From assembly GCA_965248575.1 (NCBI GenBank), contig CBDFJQ010000002.1, positions 32,001 through 96,000 on the forward strand: a DNA stretch of 64,000 nucleotides, written 5' to 3'. The notes beneath the pieces are model-generated. The model made no database searches, had not been told where the DNA came from, and worked only from the letters and a program-made list of their open reading frames with translations. Positions 27,035 to 39,577 of this stretch are shown piece after piece. This DNA comes from Planctomycetota bacterium (GTDB lineage Bacteria > Planctomycetota > B15-G4). The position numbers were made by a program, and so were the translations under genes. Position 1 is the stretch's first letter. Each line of letters begins with the position of its first letter.

Positions 27035-27694
27035 CTACTTGCCGTACTTCACGCTGCAGCCAAAGCTCTTCGTCTTGGCAATGCTGACGGGCTTGCCTGC
27101 GCGGTATTCCATCAGGGTCTGACGCACGTAGTTGGTCTTGGTCTCGCCGCGGCCATTGCTGTCGTCGATGGCGCCTTCGTAGACCAACTCGCCCTTCGGG
27201 GAGATGACGAACATGTGCGGCGTGGTCGCGGCGCCGTAGGCGCGGCCCGTCTTGCCGTCCATGTCGAGCAGCACGGGGTAGGGCAGGTTCCAGTCCTTGG
27301 CGGCCTTGATGTTGCGCTCGAGCCCAGCGCCCTGCTTGCCTTCAGCGCCTGAGTTGATGGCGAGCCAGACGAGGTTGTCGTCCTTGAGCGCCTCGTGCAT
27401 CCCCGCCATCTTGCTGGGCGCGTCGTGGTAGCGGCGGACGAAGGGGCAGTCGGGGTTGAACCACTCGAGCACCACGGTCTTGCCGGCAGCTACGTAGGCA
27501 CTCAGCGAATGCGCCTGTCCGTCGGTGTCCAGGAGGGTGAAGTCGGCAACGTCGAGGTTCACGACGGCGGGGCTGGAGAGGGCGACTTGGGCTGGCGCAT
27601 CCGAGGCGCTGTCGGAACTGACGGTTCCACAGGCGCTGAAGAGGGCGAGGCTGGCGATGGCGAAAGATCGAACGAGAGTCATGCGGGCAGTCAT
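27035..27694 (-). CDS. thioredoxin-fold redoxin (AhpC/TSA-like) lipoprotein
   Basis: Lipobox FSAC, EWFNPDCPFV, YEGAIDD, GCSVKY. Confidence 0.85.
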   Translation of the reverse strand: MTARMTLVRSFAIASLALFSACGTVSSDSASDAPAQVALSSPAVVNLDVADFTLLDTDGQAHSLSAYVAAGKTVVLEWFNPDCPFVRRYHDAPSKMAGMHEALKDDNLVWLAINSGAEGKQGAGLERNIKAAKDWNLPYPVLLDMDGKTGRAYGAATTPHMFVISPKGELVYEGAIDDSNGRGETKTNYVRQTLMEYRAGKPVSIAKTKSFGCSVKYGK

Positions 27695-27733
27695 GCTTGG
27701 AGGTCCAGAGAGGTGAAACGAAGGAGGTTGGGT

Positions 27734-28702
27734 TCAGTGCCGCTCGGAAGTTGGCTTCGGGTCATGGGGATTGCTGTGGTCCACCCAGACCAACTGCGAG
27801 CGCCGTTTGTGGGGAGGCTTGTCGTACCAGATTTCCAACAGTCCGCGCAGGCGTGCGGGCCCGGCGTGCTCGGGGCGGTAGGGCGGTTCCGGGTCGACTT
27901 CGAGCCTCAACAGCGCTCCCTCGGCTGCGCAGCTGCTGGCGACGTGGACGAGCGGCAATCCATCCTCGTAGGGATAGAAGGCCAGGCGCCGGGCCCCTGC
28001 GACGGACACTTCGATCAGCGGCGCGCGAAGGGGGTCGGCAGCGGTGGATGAGCCGGCAGCGGCGGATGCCGTGGTCATGGCCTTGATCGTGAGCGCCTGG
28101 AGCCCCGGCAGCGGCGGTCCTGGCAGGCGAGCCTTGAGGGCCTCCAGCTCCGGAGCGGCCTCGCTGGCTCCCGGTGCCTCGCCGGCGGCGGCGACGAGCA
28201 TCTCCAAGGAGACCGCTGCCGCTCCGGGAACACACGCTTCCTCACACACCAACCAATCGGTCGCCACGGCGAGCTCCACTCGCGCACCGGCCGGCACGTC
28301 CTCTGCAACGGTGATGGGGAGCAGCAAGGTGACCTCGTCGTGATAGACGTGGTCCACGAACTCGCCGCCGTGAATCAGACGTTCGGGTGCGGGCCAGCCC
28401 AGGGCGCCGGCCGTGAAGCCCGGCGGCAGTTCGGGGATCACCTGGATGGGGAGCCCCGAGTCGTTCTGGCCCGGCCAGTAGAGGTGCCAGCCGTCGTCCA
28501 TCTCGAAGCGCACACCCACGTAGTGCGTGCGTCCCGGAATCCAGCGCGTCGTGTCGGGCAGCAGACGGACCTGGACGACGCCCTGCTTCACCGCGAGGGC
28601 TGTCGGCGGGGCATCGAGCGCTTCATCCATCTGTGAGGATGGGGTCGAGGCGAGCCAGAGGACCAGGAACAGGGTCAGAAAGGGGAGCTGTGGGCTAGGC
28701 AT
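27734..28702 (-). CDS. DsbD N-terminal-like (disulfide reductase) domain protein
   Basis: GWHLYW..ND.SGLP, WPAPER, WLVCEEACVPG; signal peptide. Confidence 0.8.
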   Translation of the reverse strand: MPSPQLPFLTLFLVLWLASTPSSQMDEALDAPPTALAVKQGVVQVRLLPDTTRWIPGRTHYVGVRFEMDDGWHLYWPGQNDSGLPIQVIPELPPGFTAGALGWPAPERLIHGGEFVDHVYHDEVTLLLPITVAEDVPAGARVELAVATDWLVCEEACVPGAAAVSLEMLVAAAGEAPGASEAAPELEALKARLPGPPLPGLQALTIKAMTTASAAAGSSTAADPLRAPLIEVSVAGARRLAFYPYEDGLPLVHVASSCAAEGALLRLEVDPEPPYRPEHAGPARLRGLLEIWYDKPPHKRRSQLVWVDHSNPHDPKPTSERH

Positions 28703-28852
28703 GCTGGGCGTGTGGGGCAGAGAGTCGGGGAAGCGAGGCGAGCGCACCACGAGCGGCTATCCACTGTAGTGGTGGGACCGGAGCTTGACAGTGACGAGCT
28801 CGCGAAGTGTGGTGGGTGGTCTCAATTCCGAAGGCACGGCTGGAGTGAGTTC

Positions 28853-30843
28853 ATGGGCGGATCGCGGGGCCTGTTGGTCATGGCGTTGCTCGTGCTGACG
28901 GCTGTGGGGCTGGCCGTGTTGGTCCTGGACCAGGATCTGGGGCCCGGTGGGGGCCTGGAAGGGGACACAGGCGTATCCCGGGCAGGCGACGGGCTCTCCC
29001 CGCCTCAGGAAGGGGATGGCTCGGCGCCCATGGTCGTTCCCGAGGGCGTTGAGCGGAAGCCTGTCCCGTTGCAGGAGCAGGAACGACGCCTGCAGTCCGG
29101 CCTCAGGACATCGCCCGCGGTGGATCTCCGAAAGGTGTCGGGGCGGCTGCTGCGAACGGCCGACCGCTCGCCCATCGTGGGAGAACATCTAGGCTGGGGT
29201 GACCGCTCGGTCGTGACCAACGCCGACGACGGTTCCTTTGAACTCGACGTGCCTCAGTCCATCACCACCCTGCATTTGAGGCTAGGAGGTCGACAGGTGT
29301 TCGTGCCCCTGCCTTCAGCAGAGGGTGACCTCAACAAGCTCGAACTCCTGGCGGACACGGGCTGGATCCTCACGGGCGTTGTGCGCGACGGTTTCTCGGA
29401 ACAGGTTCCGTTCCCCGCGATCACCGTGGGCAAGAACAAGCTCCAGGGGGATGCGGCCGGGAGGTTCCGCATCCTGGATGTCCCTGCCAGCGCCTCGAAG
29501 CTGAGCTTCAGTGCGCCCTTGCACACAAGTCGTGAGTTTCAGCCGACCCTTACGGGGGAGCAGCGCGTCTTGGATCTCGGGGACATCCGCCTGACTGCGG
29601 CCGGTGCCGTGCAGGGTTTCGTGTGGGCCCCAGGGGGCGAGGCCTTGGAAGCAGGCGTGCAAGTTCGCATCGCTCTCGAGGTGGAGGCGGATGGCTTCGA
29701 GCTGAATTCTCGCATCCCACCGGCGACTCCCGATGAGGACGGGCGCTACCGTTTGGACGGCGTACCCGCCGGAGAGTATGTGCTGGTGGTCGTCACGTCC
29801 TGGTCGCGCGCCTATAGCCAACTTCGCGCAATTCGCGAACTGGGAGACCTCTCCGCCTGGGAGCAAATGGAGGGGGTGACGGCCTTGTACGAACCGCCCG
29901 CCCAGTGGCTCCCCCATGTGCTGGTACGGGCGGGAGAGGTGACCAAGCTCGATGTGCAGCTGATGCCCGGTGCCGCGGTGACAGGGCGCATCACGGACGG
30001 TTCCGGCAATCCCCTCGAGCGTGCTGTGGTGAAGTCGTGCACAGTTGGCGCCAGACCCTGCCCGACCTGAAGCACGCATCCATGGCGAAGTCCGAGGGGT
30101 TCACGGTCTCGCTCGGCGTGGATGGGAGCAAGGATCTCGTGCTCACCGATCTCGTGGCTTGGACGACGACGGACGAGCAGGGGAATTACCGGCTGGGCGC
30201 GCTCCCTCAAGGGGATGTGGTGATCCGGGCCGTGCACGGAGAGCACCCGGGCTGGATGGCGCGGGAGCGGACGGTGAATCTCGTGTCGGGCAGCACATCG
30301 CGCAATATCGAGTTGCAGCTGGGAGGCGGGCGCATCGTCCGGGGGCGCGTCTTCGACGCCACTGAGCGCCCAGCGCAGGGTGCAGCAGTCGTGCTTGTGG
30401 ACGGCGAGGGTGCGGCGCTCATCGCCGACGAGAACCGCGTGGAGACCACGGCCGATGGGCGCTTTGAGTTCGCAGGTCTTTCTCCAGGAAACCTACGGCT
30501 GGCTGTGAGCCTCAAGGGCCATCGCACCCTGGTGACGGCCGTGGACCCCACCGTGGCTGAGCAGCGCATCGATCTCGGATTGGGTGCCGCAGTGAAGGGT
30601 GTCGTGCGGGATGCGTCCACTGGCCGGCCTCTGCAGTCCTTCCAGGTCCGTCTGGAGAACGACGTGATGTTCATGACCCGCACTCGGCAGGACGCGAAGG
30701 GCGAGTTCGAGCTGGTGGGCCTGGAGCCCGGGGAGTACCTGCTGCTCGTGACGGCGGCCGGCTATCAGCCCGGGGTGCTGGGGAGCGTCCTGGCGAGTTC
30801 TCCAGCCGTGCCGGTGGACGTGGCCTTGCAGCCGCTCCCTTGA
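28853..30843 (+). pseudogene. carboxypeptidase-regulatory-like (SdrD/CarboxypepD_reg) repeat protein split by a frameshift near 30030
   Basis: Repeats G.V.D..G.P...A.V and TD..G.Y/F.L..L..G.Y continue across ORFs 28853-30070 and 29905-30843. One base appears missing at gtg gt^gaa gtc. Confidence 0.7.
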
Positions 30844-30863
30844 CGTCGCGACGCCGCCGAAGT

Positions 30864-30887
30864 GGCGACCTAGGCGACCTAGGCGAC
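30864..30887. repeat. 9-bp tandem repeat GGCGACCTA x2.7
   Basis: ggcgaccta ggcgaccta ggcgac read directly. Confidence 0.8.
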
Positions 30888-31100
30888 TTTCGCGATGGGC
30901 CTCACATGTGGGGATTCATGGGCTTCCGCCTATTCCTGGTCTTCGGCAGGAGCGCTCACGACCCGCTGGAGCGGGGGTTGATAAACTCTCGCCCCAACGT
31001 GAAGGAGCCGGCACCGGATGGAGCCATATCGGATGGCGTTGCACACGACACTTTCGCACAGGCGTCACGCGTTGATCGCGAACGACAGGGAATCCCTTCG

Positions 31101-31961
31101 ATGACAGCTGTCCGACTTCTCTGCGCCGCCTTGGCACTGTGTGCGTCGGGCTGCGCCAGCCGCGCGGTTTCGGTGGAGTTGGGGCGTTCGCATCTGCGGT
31201 CCGTCGCCATCGCCAACTACGAGCGTCCGTCAGGGAGCAAGATCAATCGCCTGCTGAAGCTGCTCAACTCAGAAGAGTTCGTGCCCGTCGCCACACCGGA
31301 GCAAGCGCTCGTCGAAGGCAGTGAGGGGCTCGACGCGGAAGAACCGTCGGACGAGGTGCTGCTGGAGCCCTCGGCGCCCGTGAAGCTCGAACTGGCCTTG
31401 ATGACGGAAGTGATCGATGCGGACCAGCGGCTCGTGTTGGCGCCCGTGCATGACGGCGACCTGTTGCTCGACGGATTCGCGCGGGTCGGAGACGGCGATG
31501 GGATCAAGCTGCACCTGCAGGCCAAGACCGAATGCACGGTGTACGTGATCCACATCGATGCCAGCGCCCGCCCGCAACTGCTGTTTCCGAACGAGCTCTG
31601 GTCGACCATGGGCAACCCGGTCCTGGGGGGGCGGCCCTACCGCCTTCCCCAGGGGAATGTGCTCTTCGAGTTGGGCCCGGTGCGGGGCCTGGAGACCCTC
31701 TACATCGTGGCCTCGCCGGCGCCCTGGGACGAGCTGGAGTTGCTCTTGGATGAGCTGGCTGCAGCCTCTTGGGAAGGACCCGAGGTGCCAGCGCCCGTGA
31801 TGCGTGCGACGCAGGTCACCCAAGGGCTCAAGCGCATGCGGCCCACGACTGCGCGCGCCGTGGGAGGCCCCTCAGGGACGCTGACGGATGTGCCCTCCAC
31901 CCTTTACGTGGGGGAAGAGGGACGGCGTCTGGTGATCACGCGCTGGTTCAGCCACCAATAG
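31101..31961 (+). CDS. DUF4384-like domain lipoprotein
   Basis: Lipobox ASGC; YVIHID...QLLFPN...YRLP..G.ETLYIVAS pattern. Confidence 0.7.
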   Translation: MTAVRLLCAALALCASGCASRAVSVELGRSHLRSVAIANYERPSGSKINRLLKLLNSEEFVPVATPEQALVEGSEGLDAEEPSDEVLLEPSAPVKLELALMTEVIDADQRLVLAPVHDGDLLLDGFARVGDGDGIKLHLQAKTECTVYVIHIDASARPQLLFPNELWSTMGNPVLGGRPYRLPQGNVLFELGPVRGLETLYIVASPAPWDELELLLDELAAASWEGPEVPAPVMRATQVTQGLKRMRPTTARAVGGPSGTLTDVPSTLYVGEEGRRLVITRWFSHQ

Positions 31962-31995
31962 TCGCTGGACAGACAGCAGCCCGAGCGCGAGTGGC

Positions 31996-32958
31996 CTAGC
32001 TGAGCTGCTTGACCGCTTCGATGAGCTTGGGCACCACTTCGAACGCGTCGCCCACGATTCCGTAGTCCGCCACCTTGAAGATGGGGGCCTCGGAGTCCTT
32101 GTTGATGGCGACGATGAAGTTGCTGGTGCGCATGCCGGCGAGGTGCTGGATGGCACCGGAGATGGCGATGGCGATGTAGAGCTGAGGGGAGACCGTCTTG
32201 CCCGTCTGGCCAACCTGCTCGGTGTGCGGGCGCCAGCCGGCGTCCACCACGGCGCGCGACGCGCCCACGGCACCACCCAGGGCGGCGGCGAGGTCTTCCA
32301 CCAGCTTGAAGTTCTGGGCTTCCTTCAGGCCGCGACCGCCGGAGACGACGATGGGCGCTTCCGTCAGTTCGAGCTTCTCGCTAGCTGCTGCGACGACTTC
32401 GGACAGCAGGGCGCCCAGGCAGGTGCTCGGGGCAGCCACTTCGGCCGCGGAGACTTCACCGGCAGCGGTGGCTTCGGCGGCGGACACGGCGTTGGGTCGC
32501 AGGGAGGCCAGCAGGGTGCCCGAAGTGTTGACGTTCACCAGGGCCTTGCCAGCGAAGACGGGCCGGCGGGCAACGAGGGCTCCACCATCCGCGGACACGC
32601 TGATGCAGTCGGAGGCGAGGGGCAGGTCCATCAGGGCTGCCACACGAGGGGCGACGTCCTTTCCACGGTTCGAGTGGGAGAACAACAGCAGGGCCGGGGA
32701 CTCGCCGGCGGCGACGCCGGCGATGGCGGCGGACCAGGCAGTGGCGTCGGCCATGTCGACGTCGAGCGTGAGCACACGGGCTGCCCCGTGCTGGCCGCAG
32801 GCCGCGGCCACGTCGGCAGCACCGTCGCCGGCCACAAGGGCCACCACGCTGCAGCCGAGGCTGGCGGCGAGACCTGTCGCACAGGTGAGAGCTTCGAGGG
32901 AGGGGCGCTTGACGGCGCCAGCCTGGTGTTCGGCAACGACGAGGATGTCACCAGCCAC
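31996..32958 (-). CDS. etfA: electron transfer flavoprotein alpha subunit
   Basis: [36 protein letters not shown]. Confidence 0.97.
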   Translation of the reverse strand: MAGDILVVAEHQAGAVKRPSLEALTCATGLAASLGCSVVALVAGDGAADVAAACGQHGAARVLTLDVDMADATAWSAAIAGVAAGESPALLLFSHSNRGKDVAPRVAALMDLPLASDCISVSADGGALVARRPVFAGKALVNVNTSGTLLASLRPNAVSAAEATAAGEVSAAEVAAPSTCLGALLSEVVAAASEKLELTEAPIVVSGGRGLKEAQNFKLVEDLAAALGGAVGASRAVVDAGWRPHTEQVGQTGKTVSPQLYIAIAISGAIQHLAGMRTSNFIVAINKDSEAPIFKVADYGIVGDAFEVVPKLIEAVKQLS

Positions 32959-33067
32959 GGGGGTACTCCTGTTGTGTCGGGGTCGCGCGCGGGGCGCCGG
33001 CCCTGGAAAGGGTGCAGGGGTGGGAATGCGGTCTTGCGGGGGCGCTGCCGAGGCGGCGCTTCGTGCT

Positions 33068-33826
33068 TCAGAGGATCTTGGCTTCTTCGCGCAGCAGGCG
33101 CATGAGTTCGCCCACGGCTTCAGGGCCTTCGCCGATGATGCGGCCTTCGCGACGCTCAGGCGGCAGCTCCATGCTCTTGATCACCAGCGCCGCTTCGCCG
33201 AGCACGGCGTCGCGTTCGTCGATGGGCTTCTTCTTGGCGGCCATGATGCCCTTGAGGCCGGCGTAGCGCGGCTCGTTGAGGCCCTTGGTCGCGGTCAGCA
33301 CGGCGGGCAGCTGGACGGTCCAGGTCTCGGTGGTGCCGGCGTCGCCCGCCCGCTCAACGGTGGCCGTGCCATCAGCGATGCTCAGCTTCTTGATCTCGGT
33401 CACGCAGGGGAAGCCCAGCTTGCCGGCGATCAGCGTGCCCACCTGACCCTGGTCGCGGTCGGCGGCCAACTTGCCGCACAGCACCAGGTCGGGGCTCAGC
33501 TCTGCGATGACCGCTGCCAGGCTGGCGGCGGTGGTGTGCGCGTCGCGGGTGCCGGCATCGGCATCCTTCAGCAGCACGGCCTTGTCGCAACCCATGGCGA
33601 GGCAGGTGCGCAGCTCCTTCGTGGTCTCGGCAGGGCCCATGGAGATCACCGTGACCTCGCCCGCGCCAGCCGCTTCCTTCATCTGCAGCGCGGCCTCGAC
33701 GGCAAACTCGTCGTAGGGGCTGATGATGGACTCGATCTGGGTGTTGTCGATGGAGGTGCCGTCGGCGCCCATCTTGATGCGCGTGTCGGTGGCCGGAACG
33801 CGCTTGATGCAGACCACGATGTTCAT
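33068..33826 (-). CDS. etfB: electron transfer flavoprotein beta subunit
   Basis: MNIVVCIKRVP, PYDEFAVEAA, NEPRY...GIMAAKKK. Confidence 0.97.
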   Translation of the reverse strand: MNIVVCIKRVPATDTRIKMGADGTSIDNTQIESIISPYDEFAVEAALQMKEAAGAGEVTVISMGPAETTKELRTCLAMGCDKAVLLKDADAGTRDAHTTAASLAAVIAELSPDLVLCGKLAADRDQGQVGTLIAGKLGFPCVTEIKKLSIADGTATVERAGDAGTTETWTVQLPAVLTATKGLNEPRYAGLKGIMAAKKKPIDERDAVLGEAALVIKSMELPPERREGRIIGEGPEAVGELMRLLREEAKIL

Positions 33827-33963
33827 GGCGAATGGCTCAGTGCGGAAGGTGTTTCTGGCCGCGGAGCGGGGGCCGCCGGTGGCGGTGAATCCCTTTCTCT
33901 ACGGGTCGAGAACGACCGGGCACTGTCGCCAATCAGGCGGGGCGAGTCAACGCGTGTGGGGGC

Positions 33964-35043
33964 TCAGGCCGCCCCGGAGGGCAGGGCGATGGGGGCCCCC
34001 TGGATGGCCTCCAGGAAGACCTCCACGAACTGCTCGGGGATCCGTACCCCCGCCTCGCCCCGCAGGCAGGCTACGGCTTTCTCCAGGGGCATGGGGTCGC
34101 GGTAGGGGCGGCGGGCGGTGATGGCTTCCCAGTAGTCGGCGACCTTCACGACCCAGGCCTCCTCGGGGACCTGGTCACCTGGGAGGGCGTCGGGGTAGCC
34201 GCGCCCGTCCAGGCTCTCGTGGTGCCAGCGGATCATGGGGCGCAGCTGGGCCATGGCCTTGATGGGGGCGATGAGGTCGTCCCCGGTGGCCGGGTGCTCC
34301 TTGATGATGGCGTACTCCTCCCGGGTGAGAGGCCCGGGCTTGTCCAGGATCGCATCCGGCGTGCCGATCTTGCCGATGTCGTGCAGCCTGCCTCCCAAGC
34401 CGACGAGTTCGACCCGGGTGGAGTCGTAACCCAGGGCCTCGCCGAACACGCGGCAAAGCCCCGAGACCCGTGCGCCATGCAGGGCGGTGAAGCGGCTCTT
34501 GGCATCGACGACGGAAGCCATGGAAACCAGGAACTGCTGCAGGTTCTCCTCCTCCGCTTGCTGACGCGTCTCGAGGGCATCCAGGAGCGACGCGCGTTCG
34601 GAGGCCCGCACGTGGTTCACCACGCGCTGCACTGCGGCGCGCACCACGGCCAGCTCGAAGGGCTTGCAGAGGTAGTCGTAGGCACCTTGTTGAAGGGCTT
34701 CGACGGCCGTGCCGAGCTCGCTGTTGGCGGTCATCATCATCACGGGCAGGTTCGGCCGTGCCTGGCGCAGCTCGCCCAAGAGGTCGAGGCCCCGCTCGCC
34801 GTTGGCGAGGGTGATGTCCGTGAGCACCAAGAAGATGTCGCGGGAGTTCAGGGCATCCCGGGCTTCACCGAGGGTTGCCACGCTGCAGACGTCATGGCCG
34901 TCGAGCTGCAGGCAGCGCGACACGGTCTCGCGCACGCCAGGGTCGTCGTCGAGAACGAGGATCGCGGAGCGCTCGAGGGGCTGCCACTGCTGTGTGGGCG
35001 CGCGGAGACCGGGCTGCGCGCCGACGTCGGTCGGATCCGTCAT
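33964..35043 (-). CDS. response regulator with HD-GYP phosphodiesterase domain
   Basis: REC domain (LDDD, LTD, KPF) plus LHDIGKIG and HHESLDGRGYP. Confidence 0.92.
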   Translation of the reverse strand: MTDPTDVGAQPGLRAPTQQWQPLERSAILVLDDDPGVRETVSRCLQLDGHDVCSVATLGEARDALNSRDIFLVLTDITLANGERGLDLLGELRQARPNLPVMMMTANSELGTAVEALQQGAYDYLCKPFELAVVRAAVQRVVNHVRASERASLLDALETRQQAEEENLQQFLVSMASVVDAKSRFTALHGARVSGLCRVFGEALGYDSTRVELVGLGGRLHDIGKIGTPDAILDKPGPLTREEYAIIKEHPATGDDLIAPIKAMAQLRPMIRWHHESLDGRGYPDALPGDQVPEEAWVVKVADYWEAITARRPYRDPMPLEKAVACLRGEAGVRIPEQFVEVFLEAIQGAPIALPSGAA

Positions 35044-35112
35044 GGATCTGAAACCCTCCCTGGGATGAACGGCCCGCCACAGGCCAAACCCCTAGTCTGC
35101 CAATCTGGAGGC

Positions 35113-36362
<1,250 letters not shown>

Positions 36363-36366
<4 letters not shown>

Positions 36367-37778
36367 CGGATGAGCTTCCATCTGAACGGATTGAAGATCG
36401 GCCAGAACACCACGCCGGCCTTGCCGAGCATGTATCGTTCGTGAATGTAGGGGGCGTACTCGACGCTTTCCCGCTCCACGTCTCCCGGGCGGAACACGAT
36501 GCTGTCGCCATGCACATCAGCGAAGCGCCACGTGCCGTCCCGTAGGTGGAAGGGGTTGGAGTCCGGCGCGCCGGGGGAGGCAAAGTCGAAGCCCGTGCTC
36601 GAGCGCCCGTCCTTGAGCTCATAGGTCTTCGTCTGCCAGGCGCGGCTGTCGAGGCTGTACTGCGTGTTGTCGCCCATGCCGAAGTAGGAGTCGTCGGGGA
36701 TCTCCCAGCGACCCGGGCCTCGGGGCAGTGAACTGCGGGTTTCGGTGGACGGCAGGTAGAAGATGTCGCGGCGCACGCTCAGATCCGAGACCTGGCCACC
36801 GCCTTGCAGCTCGAGTGAGAGGCGGGCTCGGCGCGGGCGTGCGGAGTGGGGGCCACCGGGGTCGTCGTAGCGCAGCCACTCTTCGCCGTCCACTTCCAGC
36901 AGCAGGCGGTGGTCGACCACCCGGGCGAGGATCTCGAGCTCTTCGTCGGCTGGCAAACTCCGCTCGCCGTCGATGGGGATGCGCAGCGGAGCGTCCTCCG
37001 TGGGCAGCAGGGCATGCGCCGTTTCTCCGGAACCCGTGCGAGGCAGCACGAAGACCGTCTCGCCGTCGTCGGATTCGAACAGGATCCGCAGGGCGTCGGC
37101 ACCCGGGTCCAGGCGCGCGGTGAGGCGCAGGTCCAGGTCCGGCACCGAGTAGTTGCCGCTGGGCATGGGCTGCATGCCCCACTCAGGGTCGTAGCCGTGC
37201 GCGTAGTCGTCCACCACATGCCGCCGCAAGATCAGCCGCGGCGAACCGGCGTTGGGGAAGATGGCCGCATGGTCCTGCACTTCGATGGAACCCTGCGCCG
37301 TGAACCAACGCCCGACGTCCATGGGACCGTCGCTGTCCGCGATGTGCTTGAGCACCGATTCATTCACGTGGTCCGGTTTGCGCGCGATGGCTCCATCGAT
37401 CCAGATGTCGCCGCCCAGCACTTCGAGCGTCTCCCCCGGCAGGCCCACGATGCGCTTGACGTACAGCCGGCGTTCGTCCAGCGGGAAGCGGAAGATCATC
37501 ACCTCCCAGCGTTTTGGGGGGCGCAGCATGGTGATGAGCTTGTCAGCCAGCACGCGATCCTTGATGCCGGAGCGGGCATCGCCAAGGATCGTCGGCTGCA
37601 TGGAGCCGGTGGGGATCTGGTAGGCCTCGATGATGAAGAACTTCAACACGAGAGCCATGGCGATGGAGATGGCCACGGCTTCGATGTTCTCGCTGATGCG
37701 CAGGTCGAGAGGGCGTGGGCTGGAGATGGCTGAGCTCGCTCGGGCGCGTTGAGATCGGAATCGGGTGGGCAGGGCCAC
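36363..37778 (-). CDS. lepB: signal peptidase I with large insertion
   Basis: IPTGSMQPT (Ser), [11 protein letters not shown] (Lys), GDN...SLDSR. Confidence 0.93.
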
Positions 37779-37921
37779 GATACGGGGCCCTTGGGGGGAT
37801 TGCGAGCCGGCGCAGGACAGGGTGCAGGCCAGCTGGGCTCCAGTCTGACGCGCACCTTGCCGAAGCGGGTGATGGCGCCGCTGTGGAGCCTGAGATTGCT
37901 GGACGCCCTGGAGAGCATGCC

Positions 37922-38398
37922 GTGGCCTACACCCTGAGCCTTCTGGTCTTCATGCTGCTGTTGGCTGGAGCCTTCGGCTTTCACGCCACGCTGAAGCCTG
38001 TGCCTGGCCCCTTGATGAGCGAGGGCAACTGGGTGAGCCTGGAGATCCCGGAGCTCGAAGGATGCTGGACGGTGCTCAGTTTCTTCGTGAGCGAGCGCGC
38101 GGCGTGTCACGATGACGTGCCCGGACTGAACGCCCTGCATCGCAAATTCGCGGAGCGGGAACTCGGGCAGCAGCAGCTGGTGGTCGTGGGTGTGACGCTG
38201 GAGTCACGGCTCGAGGCACGCGCATTCGTCAAGCAGCACGAGCTGGCGTACCCCGTGCTGGCGGACGCCCGCGTGCAGTTCGAACTCTATGGAGTCGAGA
38301 CCGTGCCGGACACCTTCCTGGTGGACCCCGATGGGGCCATCGTGGCACGAGGTCTCTCGGACATAGCCGCCGCCCTTGAGCGGACGTTCACTCGGTAG
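37922..38398 (+). CDS. TlpA/peroxiredoxin-like thioredoxin-fold protein
   Basis: TM anchor; RAAC at the usual CxxC site; YPVLAD, YGVETVPDTFLVDPDG. Confidence 0.75.
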   Translation: MAYTLSLLVFMLLLAGAFGFHATLKPVPGPLMSEGNWVSLEIPELEGCWTVLSFFVSERAACHDDVPGLNALHRKFAERELGQQQLVVVGVTLESRLEARAFVKQHELAYPVLADARVQFELYGVETVPDTFLVDPDGAIVARGLSDIAAALERTFTR

Positions 38399-39329
38399 CA
38401 GGCTTGGGCTTGGGGCGACGCAGGGCGCCCAGCACACCACCGACCACGATCAGGGCGGAGGCGTAGCCCAAGGTCGTGACCCGCTCGCCTTCGATCCAGG
38501 TCACGTCCAGGGCAGTGAGCACGGCCATCGTCGCCAAGGTGATGAGCGGGTTGAGCACGATGATCAGGCTCACGTCCGCTGCGGGCAGATGCTTGAGGGC
38601 TTCACCCAGAGCGCCATAGGCCAGCAAGGTGTTGGCTGCGAGGAATGCCATCAGCACCCATTGCCAGGTGGTGAGCGGTGCGAAGGTCTCGAACTCCACC
38701 CAGGGCAGCAGCACGAGGCTTGGCAGGAGATAGAGGATCAGGTTGAGGTCCTGGGGCGACACGCCCCGCGCCACCACCGCCTTCTGCAGCGCGGCATAGG
38801 CAGCCCAGGAGAAGGCGGCAACGAGGATGAAGGTGTTGCCGCGCACGTGCGCGCCCGTGCTGGCCGCATCGCCCACCAGGTTGCGCAGCTGCTCCGAGAA
38901 GAAGAGCCCCATGCCGATCAGGGCCACGACGATGAACAGCAGTTGTCGGCGCGTCAGCCGCTCGTGGAAGACCACGATCCCGAGCCCCGCGAAAAGGAGC
39001 GGGGCGAGCTGGATCAGGACCTGGGCGTTGCTCGGCGTGGTGAGATCCACGCCCAGCAGGTACGCCACGTAGTTGCCGGTGAGTCCGATCGCCGCGAGGA
39101 TCCCCAGGACGGGGGGGCGGCGCAGGATGCCAAGGCGCTCCGGCTTTCGCAGGCCGACCACCGCCGCCAGGACCAGGAAGGCGACCACGAAGCGGAACCA
39201 GACGATGCTGACGGCCGGCACCCACTCCAGCGCGACCTTCAGGGCGATGCCCAAGAAGCCCCACAGCAGCGAGGTGGAGGCGGCCATCATGAGGCCGAAG
39301 CGGCGGTTGGCGTCCTCGGGTACGGCCAC
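38388..39329 (-). CDS. DMT/EamA family transporter
   Basis: About 10 TM helices with a duplicated EamA pattern (LLWG, FRF, ERL). Confidence 0.9.
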   Translation of the reverse strand: MAVPEDANRRFGLMMAASTSLLWGFLGIALKVALEWVPAVSIVWFRFVVAFLVLAAVVGLRKPERLGILRRPPVLGILAAIGLTGNYVAYLLGVDLTTPSNAQVLIQLAPLLFAGLGIVVFHERLTRRQLLFIVVALIGMGLFFSEQLRNLVGDAASTGAHVRGNTFILVAAFSWAAYAALQKAVVARGVSPQDLNLILYLLPSLVLLPWVEFETFAPLTTWQWVLMAFLAANTLLAYGALGEALKHLPAADVSLIIVLNPLITLATMAVLTALDVTWIEGERVTTLGYASALIVVGGVLGALRRPKPKPATE

Positions 39330-39577
39330 TCGGCGAGGCTCGCGGGGGATCGGGGGGAGGGGATGAAGCGGGCGAAAGGGAGGCCGCGAGAGCGGCGGGC
39401 CCTGGTGTACCGCGCAGGAAGCCGGGATACTCGGCCCATCCCCGAACCCGGCGGCCCGCCACCCATCACCCCGAGCTGGGAGTCAGACCAACGCTTCCCG
39501 CATCACGCCTCTATGGATGGTCGGCCTTCAGCCTGATCCTCGCCCTCGCCGCCCTGCTCGCGTGGCGCTTCCCGGGC

